A stretch of DNA of 64,000 nucleotides, taken from contig JAZUBQ010000023.1 of NCBI GenBank assembly GCA_045638525.1, positions 154,656 through 218,655 of the forward strand, written 5' to 3'. Below the pieces are notes generated by a model that saw only the letters and a program-made list of their open reading frames with translations, had not been told where the DNA came from and did no database searches. The number at the start of each line of letters is the position of its first letter. Within the stretch, counting starts at the first letter, position 1. Source of the stretch: Clostridia bacterium. GTDB taxonomy: Bacteria; Bacillota; Clostridia; UMGS1840. Position numbers and translations under genes: made by a program. Of the stretch, positions 16,074-23,668 are shown piece after piece.

Positions 16074-16437
16074 GAAAAAACCGCTAACTTTGTATCAAAG
16101 TTAACGGTTTTTTCTGGCACTAACGGTTTGTTTTAATACGAGCATTATAGGGGTTTCATTTTTTAAAAGATATTTTCACTGTGAAATTATCTTTCTTTTC
16201 CTTGTAAAAAAATATTGTTTTTACAAGGAATTTATGTTATAATTTATATGAAAACAATGTCTGTTGGCGTGTCGACTATATTTGGAATAGCTGCCGCCCT
16301 TTCAGCGTTGTTTTCACCCGAGCGAGATACAAACGGCTTTCCAAAACAGAAGTTGTTGTATTTAAGACCTCGGTTTTTTTATTAGTGAAATATCAACTTC
16401 GTTGATGTGAAATAATTTCTATTGAAATTTTGAAATA

Positions 16438-16554
16438 GAAAGCGATCGCTTTCTGTGAAATGAAATAAATCCACACGCCGTAAGGCGTATTTCACATTGC
16501 GTAGCAATATTTCACGCCCGAAGGGTATTTCACAAATCCGAAAGGATTTATTTC
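16438..16554. repeat. Small multi-hairpin element with ATTTCAC spacers
   Basis: 16-bp palindrome GAAAGCGATCGCTTTC, outer stem GAAATAAATCC/GGATTTATTTC, short hairpins separated by ATTTCAC at 16489, 16509 and 16527. Confidence 0.65.
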
Positions 16555-16598
16555 GTTAAAAAAACCGCCAATCTTGTATCAAGTTTGACGGTTTTTTT

Positions 16599-16672
16599 TG
16601 GAGGCGCCACCCAGATTTGAACTGGGGATCAAGGTGTTGCAGACCGCTGCCTTACCACTTGGCTATGGCGCC
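16599..16672 (-). tRNA. tRNA-Cys(GCA)
   Basis: Reverse complement GGCGCCATAGCCAAGTGGTAAGGCAGCGGTCTGCAACACC..GGTGGCGCCTCCA. Confidence 0.95.
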
Positions 16673-16730
16673 ATATAAAATTGTTTTTTAGTTGACAAAA
16701 GGCACAACCTAAATTGTGCCTTTTATCAAA

Positions 16731-16805
16731 TGGAGCGGAAGACGAGATTCGAACTCGCGACGTTCACCTTGGCAAGGTGACGCTCTACCACTGAGCCACT
16801 CCCGC
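16731..16805 (-). tRNA. tRNA-Gly(GCC)
   Basis: Reverse complement GCGGGAGTGGCTCAGTGGTAGAGCGTCACCTTGCCAAGGTGAAC..TTCCGCTCCA. Confidence 0.95.
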
Positions 16806-16827
16806 ATATTGTGTTTGAAAAAGCTTA

Positions 16828-16903
16828 TGGTGCCTCCGGGTGGAATCGAACCGCCGACACAGGGATTTTCAGTCCCTTGCTCTACCGACTGAGCTACAGA
16901 GGC
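16828..16903 (-). tRNA. tRNA-Phe(GAA)
   Basis: Reverse complement GCCTCTGTAGCTCAGTCGGTAGAGCAAGGGACTGAAAATCCC..GGAGGCACCA. Confidence 0.95.
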
Positions 16904-16947
16904 AAATCTTTTGTAACGGCTCAACTTCCAGGTGGAAAAAAAGAAAG

Positions 16948-17024
16948 TGGCGACCTGGAAGGGACTCGAACCCTCGACCTCTAGCGTGACAGGCTAGCGT
17001 TCTAACCAACTGAACTACCAGGCC
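16948..17024 (-). tRNA. tRNA-Asp(GTC)
   Basis: Reverse complement GGCCTGGTAGTTCAGTTGGTTAGAACGCTAGCCTGTCACGCTAG..CAGGTCGCCA. Confidence 0.95.
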
Positions 17025-17290
17025 ATATTTTCTTTCTGACAACCGCTTTGCTTATCAAGCGAAATTGATTATACACTACTTTTTTCGAAAAGTCAATAGT
17101 TTTTTTGAAATTTTTTTAATTTTTTTTAAATTTTTTTGAAAATATCTTGAAAACCATTGGAAATACTGGTTTTTTAATAATTAAAAAATTTGAATTTTTC
17201 TTTTGGAAAAGAGAAATGTTTGATTTTGTCAGTAATTTTATCAAAAAATAAACAAAAATATACTACTTTGTAAAAAAATGTAAAAACCTA

Positions 17291-17319
17291 TTGACTTTTT
17301 TAAGAAATAATGTTATAAT
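17291..17319 (+). promoter_or_regulatory. SigA promoter with extended -10 for the AbrB-like gene
   Basis: TTGACT-17 nt-TATAAT, preceded by TGn. Confidence 0.7.
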
Positions 17320-17364
17320 TGTAAAAAAATGGAAAAACATATCAGAAACAAAAGAAAAAAGGTG

Positions 17365-17775
17365 ATGAACATGATCGCAACAGGCTTAACACGGCGAATT
17401 GATAAGTTGGGCAGAATTATGGTGCCCAAAGCCATTCGCAGTGAATACGGCATCGGAGAACATACCGCGGTTGAAATTTATACCAATGAAGAATATATTG
17501 TAATTCAGAAATATTCGCAAAAGGATGTGGAAATCCAATCCAAGTACCACACCGATAACGTGGGACGAATTGTATTGCCGAAATCCATTCGGAAACAGTT
17601 TTTCCTGACAGAGAATGATGATTATGTGGAAATTTTTACAGAAGAGCACAGTATCTTGTTAAAAAAATATGAAAAAAGCTGTGTGATTTGTTCCGGTCAG
17701 GAAGGTTTGATTTCTGTAAAAGGGAAAAAAGTCTGCCGACATTGCGTGGAAGAAATTCAAAAAATAAAAGCGTAA
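17365..17775 (+). CDS. AbrB-family regulator with two tandem AbrB domains and a C-terminal Cys4 motif
   Basis: RRIDKLGRIMVPKAIR and HTDNVGRIVLPKSIR repeats, then CVIC..CRHC. Start moved to the ATG at 17365, behind AAGGTG. Confidence 0.8.
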   Translation: MNMIATGLTRRIDKLGRIMVPKAIRSEYGIGEHTAVEIYTNEEYIVIQKYSQKDVEIQSKYHTDNVGRIVLPKSIRKQFFLTENDDYVEIFTEEHSILLKKYEKSCVICSGQEGLISVKGKKVCRHCVEEIQKIKA

Positions 17776-18042
17776 CATCAAATCGGATTACTCTTATTAT
17801 AAAATATTGCATAGTTATGGAATACGGTAGGTAAAAGCATTGCGTTACCTGCCGTTTCTTTTTATCGGGAAAAAGACTGAAAATGCAAATAATCTGACTA
17901 AATGTATAAATAAATTGCAAAAAATATATGATAAGATAAAATTAAGGGAAATTGAGCCTTTCTTCCTGTTTTTTAATTCCTGAAATTCTAAGAGGAGGAA
18001 GCAGTTTTCCAAAAATTAAAATTGAAAGCAGGGCTTTATGTT

Positions 18043-19122
18043 ATGGCAGATTACAATTTGAAAGAAATTATCGGTAAATTTGATGTTACCGACGGTGCCA
18101 CTCCCTACGGAAAGGGGCACATTAATGACACTTATTTGTCCAATACGAATGATCCCCGATTTATCTTACAAAGAATCAACAACAATGTGTTCAAACGTCC
18201 TCAGGATGTTATGGAAAACATTGTTCATGTTACAGCACATCTTAGGGAAAAAATCATCGCAGAAGGCGGAGATCCCAAAAGAGAAACCTTAAATCTGGTA
18301 AAAACCTATGAAGGAGAACCTTACTATGTAACTCCCAAGGGTGATTATTTCAGAATGTATGAGTTTATTGAAGGCGCACAGACCTATGAAATTGTAGAGG
18401 AACCCATCCATTTTTACAATGCGGCAAAAGCCTTTGCAAAATTCCAGCAGCGTCTGGCAGATTTTCCTGCGGAAAAACTTCACGAAACCATCCCCAGCTT
18501 CCACGATACCACAGTTCGTTTCCAGCAGTTAAAAGATGCGATTGCAAAAGATAAAGCAGGCAGATTAAAAGACGTGCAGGCGGAAGTGGAATTTGCTCTG
18601 GCAAGAGAGAAGGATACTTCTGTTATTGTAGATGCAATCAAAGACGGTTCCGTTCCGCTTCGTGTAACTCATAATGATACCAAATATAACAACATTATGA
18701 TTGATGACGAAACAGGTCTCGGCATCTGCGTAATTGACTTGGATACCGTTATGCCCGGCTCTTTGTTATATGACTATGGTGATTCCTTACGTTTTGGTAC
18801 CAATCCTGCGGATGAAGACGAAAAAGATTTATCCAAAGTATACTGCGATTTAAATTTATTTGAAATGTTCACCAAAGGTTATATGGAAGAGTTAAAAGAC
18901 GTTATGACTCCCCGTGAAAAAGAGTTGATGCCCTTTGCAGCAAAACTGATGACCTATGAATGTGGTATCCGTTTCCTGGCTGACTACTTGAACGGTGATA
19001 CTTATTTTAAAACAAAATATCCCGAACATAACTTGGACCGTTGCCATACTCAGTTCAAATTAGTAAAAGATATGGAAGAAAAAGAAGAATTAATGAAGGA
19101 GATTGTGAAGAAGTATGATTAA
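18043..19122 (+). CDS. APH/choline-kinase-fold sugar kinase (N-acetylhexosamine 1-kinase-like)
   Basis: YGKGHINDTY, LQRINNNVF, THNDTKYNN, VIDLDTVMPG, RFLADYLNGD motifs. Confidence 0.8.
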   Translation: MADYNLKEIIGKFDVTDGATPYGKGHINDTYLSNTNDPRFILQRINNNVFKRPQDVMENIVHVTAHLREKIIAEGGDPKRETLNLVKTYEGEPYYVTPKGDYFRMYEFIEGAQTYEIVEEPIHFYNAAKAFAKFQQRLADFPAEKLHETIPSFHDTTVRFQQLKDAIAKDKAGRLKDVQAEVEFALAREKDTSVIVDAIKDGSVPLRVTHNDTKYNNIMIDDETGLGICVIDLDTVMPGSLLYDYGDSLRFGTNPADEDEKDLSKVYCDLNLFEMFTKGYMEELKDVMTPREKELMPFAAKLMTYECGIRFLADYLNGDTYFKTKYPEHNLDRCHTQFKLVKDMEEKEELMKEIVKKYD

Positions 19123-20446
19123 ACCTATTTTAGACCAGGAATTTATCCCTGCAGTTGTATATAACAGAAAATTTTTAGAAACCGCAACCCGTCCTTTACA
19201 GATTGCAGTGGAAAGAGAAAACGGTCTTATCTACCGTTATGACACCAAAATCGGTGACGATAAAGAAGCAAACAACTTCTATGTGGAACGTTTAATCAAA
19301 ATGTTGCTGTGGGCAGTTGGTGGTTTCAAAATTTACTTAAACGGCGATAAAGATGTATATGAATACATCAAAGAAGCGTATACTATGGAAGGACTTCGTA
19401 AATTCGACGTTGACTTTATGAGCAGCGTTTACGAAAATCCCTTTGAAGTTATCTATACCGAAAATATGCCCGAAGAAAAAGGAAACCCTGTTTCCATCGG
19501 CCGTCATTTGGACGGATGCCGTATCGGTTTTGATGCCGGCGGAAGCGATATGAAAGTTTCTGCTGTTGTTGACGGTGAAGTTATTTTCTCCGAAGAAATC
19601 GTTTGGTTACCCAAATTAAACGATGATCCGGAGTATCACTATGAAAACATTCAGAAAGCCATCGACCTGGCAGCATCCAAAATGCCCAGAGTAGATGCAA
19701 TCGGCGTTTCTTCTGCAGGTGTTTATATTGCCAACCGTGCAATGGTTGCTTCTTTGTTTATCAAAGTGCCGAAAGACAAATTCAACGCAAGAATCAAAGA
19801 CATCTATAAAAACATCGCAGGCGACATTCCGGTTGCTGTTGCAAACGATGGTGACGTTGCGGCGTTGGCAGGTGCAATGCACTTAAACAAAAATTCTATC
19901 TTAGGCGTTGCTATGGGTACTTCCGAAGCGGTTGGTTATGTTGATCCCAACGGTAACATCACCGGTTGGTTAAACGAACTGGCATTTGCTCCCGTTGACT
20001 ATAACACCGACGCTATGGTAGACGAATGGTCCGGCGATTTTGGTTGCGGATGTAAATATTTCTCTCAGGATGCTGTTATCAAATTGGCTCCCAAAGCAGG
20101 CATTGAATTGCCCGAAGATTTATCTTTGGCAGAAAAACTGAAAGTGGTTCAGAAATATTTAGCAGAAGGTCACGAAGGTGCTGTTCAGATTTTTGAAACC
20201 ATCGGTACCTACTTCGGTTATGCCATCGCTTACTACAGTGATTTCTATGATATCAACTACCTGCAGATTTTAGGTCGTGTTACCTCCGGTAAAGGCGGCG
20301 ACATCATCATTGAAAAAGCAAAAGAAGTATTAAATCAGGAATTCCCCGAATTGGCAAACAAAGTAAACTTATACATTCCCGATGAATACGAAAGAAGAGT
20401 TGGTCAGTCCATCGCGGCTGCAAGCTTACCCGAATTAGCGAAATAA
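19115..20446 (+). CDS. ROK-family sugar kinase-like protein with N-terminal extension
   Basis: RIGFDAGGSD phosphate-binding motif, AIGVSSAG, VANDGDVAALAG, GTSEAVG, NELAF. Confidence 0.75.
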   Translation: MIKPILDQEFIPAVVYNRKFLETATRPLQIAVERENGLIYRYDTKIGDDKEANNFYVERLIKMLLWAVGGFKIYLNGDKDVYEYIKEAYTMEGLRKFDVDFMSSVYENPFEVIYTENMPEEKGNPVSIGRHLDGCRIGFDAGGSDMKVSAVVDGEVIFSEEIVWLPKLNDDPEYHYENIQKAIDLAASKMPRVDAIGVSSAGVYIANRAMVASLFIKVPKDKFNARIKDIYKNIAGDIPVAVANDGDVAALAGAMHLNKNSILGVAMGTSEAVGYVDPNGNITGWLNELAFAPVDYNTDAMVDEWSGDFGCGCKYFSQDAVIKLAPKAGIELPEDLSLAEKLKVVQKYLAEGHEGAVQIFETIGTYFGYAIAYYSDFYDINYLQILGRVTSGKGGDIIIEKAKEVLNQEFPELANKVNLYIPDEYERRVGQSIAAASLPELAK

Positions 20447-20487
20447 GCAAAAGAATCTGCGAAAACCAGCGAAAGGAGTTTTTGACA

Positions 20488-21210
20488 ATGAGAGTTATTG
20501 TATGCGAAAACTATGAACAGATGTCCAAAGAGGGCGCAAAACTGTTTGCAAGTCAGATGATTTTAAAACCCAATTCCATTTTGGGTCTGGCAACCGGTTC
20601 TACCCCCATTGGTCTGTATAAAAACTTAATTGAAATGAACAAAGCAGGCGAAATTGATTTTTCCGATATCACCTCCTTTAACTTAGACGAATACTATCCC
20701 TTATCTCCCGAAAACGACCAGAGCTATCGTTATTTTATGAACGAAAATCTGTTCAATTTCGTAAACATTGATAAGGCAAGAACCTTTGTTCCCAACGGTT
20801 TATCTGAAAATCCTGAAGAAGAAGGCGCAAACTACGACGCTATGATTGAAAAAGCAGGCGGCGTGGACATTCAGTTATTAGGTATTGGTCAGAATGGTCA
20901 CATCGGCTTTAATGAACCTGATGAAAACTTAATCACCGGTACTCACTTAACCGACTTAACCGAGAATACCATCCAGGCAAATTCCCGTTTCTTTAACTCC
21001 ATTGATGAAGTGCCCACCAAAGCAATCACCATGGGTATGGCAAGCATTATGAAAGCGAAAAAAATCGTGCTGTTAGCAAGCGGTGCCAACAAAAACAAAG
21101 TGGTTCGTGCATTGTTAGACGATAAAATCACCACCAATGTGCCTGCAACTTTATTGAAACTTCATCCGGATGTAGTTCTCATTTGCGATAAGGAGGCATA
21201 CGGAGAATGA
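20488..21210 (+). CDS. nagB: Glucosamine-6-phosphate deaminase
   Basis: LGLATGSTP, FNLDEY, LLGIGQNGHIGFNEP, AITMG. ATG 9 nt after AGGAG. Confidence 0.95.
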   Translation: MRVIVCENYEQMSKEGAKLFASQMILKPNSILGLATGSTPIGLYKNLIEMNKAGEIDFSDITSFNLDEYYPLSPENDQSYRYFMNENLFNFVNIDKARTFVPNGLSENPEEEGANYDAMIEKAGGVDIQLLGIGQNGHIGFNEPDENLITGTHLTDLTENTIQANSRFFNSIDEVPTKAITMGMASIMKAKKIVLLASGANKNKVVRALLDDKITTNVPATLLKLHPDVVLICDKEAYGE

Positions 21211-22265
21211 TTTTTAAAAATGCCACAATCAACGGTCAGCTCTGCGATTTTGAAGTAGTTGACGGTAAATTTACCAAATTCGGTAAACTGGACGGGGAAG
21301 GCACCGACTTAGGCGGAAAAACCGTCATCCCCGGTCTGGTAGACGTACATACCCACGGTTGTGTGGGTGGAGATACCATGGATGCAGAATTTGCCGAAAT
21401 GTGCGATTATTTAGCAAAAAACGGTATCACCTCCTGGTTACCCACCACGATGACCGTTGCAATGGACGACATTGCAAAAACTATGAACTCTGCAACCGAT
21501 TGTAAAGGTGCGCAGATTTTAGGGTTCCATATGGAAGGGCCTTACATCAACGTAAAATATAAAGGTGCACAGAATGAAAAATTCATCAAAGCACCCGATA
21601 TTGAAGAATTCAAAAAGCTTCCCAATGTAAAAATGGTAACCATCGCTCCCGAAGTGGAAGGCAGTATGGAATTTATCAAGGAAGCAAAAGACCTCTGCGT
21701 GGTTTCTTTGGGTCATACCGATACCACCTATGACATTGCAATGGAAGCAATCAAAAACGGTGCAAACTGTCTGACTCACTCTTTCAATGCAATGCCTCCC
21801 TTACATCACAGAAACCCCGGCTTGCTGGGTGCAGGGATGGAAACCGGTATCTATGCACAGATTATCTGTGACGGATTGCACATTCACAAAGCGGTTATTA
21901 TCGCAATGTATAAAATCTTCGGTACTGACAGATTGGTGTTAATCAGTGACTCTATGCGTGCAACCGGTATGTCTGACGGTGAATATGAATTCGGCGGACA
22001 ACCCATCGAAGTAAAAAATGGTGTTGCAAGAACCATGGAAGGCGCTATCGCAGGCAGCACTACCAACCTGTGGGCTTGTGTGAACAAAGCGGTAGAATTC
22101 GGTATTCCTTTCGAAGACGCTGTAAAAATGGCAACCGAAACTCCTGCTAAGATGATTGGCGTGAACAAAGGCCAGTTAAAAGAAGGTTATGATGCCGACT
22201 TTGTAGTGTTAGATGATGCAAGAGCAATCGTTGGCACTTACATTGCAGGAAATCTGTATCAGTAA
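21207..22265 (+). CDS. nagA: N-acetylglucosamine-6-phosphate deacetylase
   Basis: PGLVDVHTHG, GFHMEGPY, LGHT, THSFNAM, DGLH, LISDSM, IAGS, TPAK. Confidence 0.95.
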   Translation: MIFKNATINGQLCDFEVVDGKFTKFGKLDGEGTDLGGKTVIPGLVDVHTHGCVGGDTMDAEFAEMCDYLAKNGITSWLPTTMTVAMDDIAKTMNSATDCKGAQILGFHMEGPYINVKYKGAQNEKFIKAPDIEEFKKLPNVKMVTIAPEVEGSMEFIKEAKDLCVVSLGHTDTTYDIAMEAIKNGANCLTHSFNAMPPLHHRNPGLLGAGMETGIYAQIICDGLHIHKAVIIAMYKIFGTDRLVLISDSMRATGMSDGEYEFGGQPIEVKNGVARTMEGAIAGSTTNLWACVNKAVEFGIPFEDAVKMATETPAKMIGVNKGQLKEGYDADFVVLDDARAIVGTYIAGNLYQ

Positions 22266-22299
22266 TTTTTTTAGTAGCAGGTATTCTTCTATTAAAAGT

Positions 22300-22334
22300 A
22301 AAAAACACTCCGTGAAAATGGCGGAGTGTTTTTT
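22300..22334 (+). terminator. Intrinsic terminator after nagA
   Basis: AAAAAACACTCCG/CGGAGTGTTTTTT hairpin with T tail. Confidence 0.75.
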
Positions 22335-22515
22335 ATGAAATGAATAACGAATAGTGAATAATGAATAATTTCGGTGGCACCTTACAGGTGCATTGTAGGG
22401 GGAGATGATTTCGGTATGCCGTGGTGCAAAAAAACAAAATAATTGACATAACAAAAAAATTTTGCTATGATGAAAACAGAAGAAAATAAATGCAATATTT
22501 CAAAGGAGTGATTGT

Positions 22516-23037
22516 ATGAAAAAGAAATTGTTAATCGGCATTGTTGCGGTGATTCTTTTGATTTTCTTATTGCCCTTTCCGCAAATCATCAACAGAACTT
22601 TTTACGGTGTCAACACGGAAAACGGCGAACAGGTTACAATAACTTTTGCGATGAAATATTTAAGGTTTCTGCTGTTTGATGATAAAATGTACGGAACTAT
22701 CACCGTACAAACCGACACCCAAACTCTTACCTATGGAGAACATTTGTATTATCACGGTCGGTTTCCCCATAATGCTGACGATTCTATGCACAATATAGGC
22801 GGTTGGTATTACAACGAAACAATGTATATGAAAGAATACCCGGATGGTACAATCTCGCCAATGCCTGTTGGATTTGAAGGACTTGATATTCATGTCAGCA
22901 CCGATTTTACTAACATATTGATTCTGCATAATGTCGGTGCTGTCACAGAAATTGCAGAAAAAAACCGCTATATCGGTAGTATTAAACCCAGTGGGTTAGA
23001 GGAAGCAAAACAATATTTTTCGGGGTACTATAATTAA
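22516..23037 (+). CDS. Hypothetical N-terminally membrane-anchored protein
   Basis: RBS AAGGAG; MKKK followed by a hydrophobic stretch; no family recognised. Confidence 0.65.
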   Translation: MKKKLLIGIVAVILLIFLLPFPQIINRTFYGVNTENGEQVTITFAMKYLRFLLFDDKMYGTITVQTDTQTLTYGEHLYYHGRFPHNADDSMHNIGGWYYNETMYMKEYPDGTISPMPVGFEGLDIHVSTDFTNILILHNVGAVTEIAEKNRYIGSIKPSGLEEAKQYFSGYYN

Positions 23038-23139
23038 CAATATCTGGAATATGCAATGGATAAAGGTTTCAGTTATGTCCATTGACGATTGCAGATAATC
23101 TTGTATTTTCAATGAAAATTAAAAAAATTCCAAAATAAT

Positions 23140-23168
23140 TTGACAAATCGGAAATTATGTATTATACT
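23140..23168 (+). promoter_or_regulatory. SigA promoter of the ileS leader
   Basis: TTGACA-17 nt-TATACT. Confidence 0.7.
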
Positions 23169-23204
23169 ATACAAGTAAAACTATGAAAACATAAAACAAA
23201 ATAA

Positions 23205-23445
23205 AAAAGACGATGATAAAGACAGTAGTATTCCATCGAACACTTTGAGCGAGTCGGGTATGGTGTGAGCCGACAGTTAGTAGCGGAATATGAACATCCC
23301 TTTGGAGTTGCATTGCCCAACGGTTTTAGAAAAAACTCAGTAAGTGGTGACGGTGTTCCCCGTAACAGGAAGCGTGTATGATAGTACACGGATAATAGGT
23401 GGTTTAAGAATTTGATTCTGTCCTGTTATCAGGGCAGAATTTTTT
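23205..23445 (+). ncRNA. T-box riboswitch (Ile specifier AUC) upstream of ileS
   Basis: AGTA box, stem I GAG..GGTGTGA loop, GAAC-ATC specifier at 23296-23298, TGGT bulge at 23400, terminator ATTCTGTCCTG/CAGGGCAGAAT plus T run. Confidence 0.8.
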
Positions 23446-23468
23446 GTATCATACTGAAAAAATGAAAA

Positions 23469-23589
23469 GGCTCCCCTGTGTAAGGGGAGCTGTCAGTGAA
23501 ACTGACTGAGGGGTTGTGTGTTGGTGCAATAGCAAAACAATCCCTCCGAGTTTGCTTCGCAAACCCACCTCCCTTTACACAAGGGAGGC
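23469..23589. mobile_element. 121-bp MITE/REPIN-like palindromic element in the ileS leader
   Basis: 21-bp terminal inverted repeats (18/21 match), each itself a hairpin (CTCCCCT-GTGTA-AGGGGAG; CCTCCCTT-TACAC-AAGGGAGG), with internal hairpins. Confidence 0.6.
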
Positions 23590-23668
23590 AGATGAAGGAT
23601 GCCGATATGATTGGTATCGATGATATGTTTATAAATTTGTTTATATATCGAATTAGGAGGAGTACGAA

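Noticed and set aside
15793-17024. Prophage or ICE integrated at the tRNA cluster
   Set aside because: No integrase, phage or conjugation genes; the duplicated tRNA end encloses only ~190 bp.
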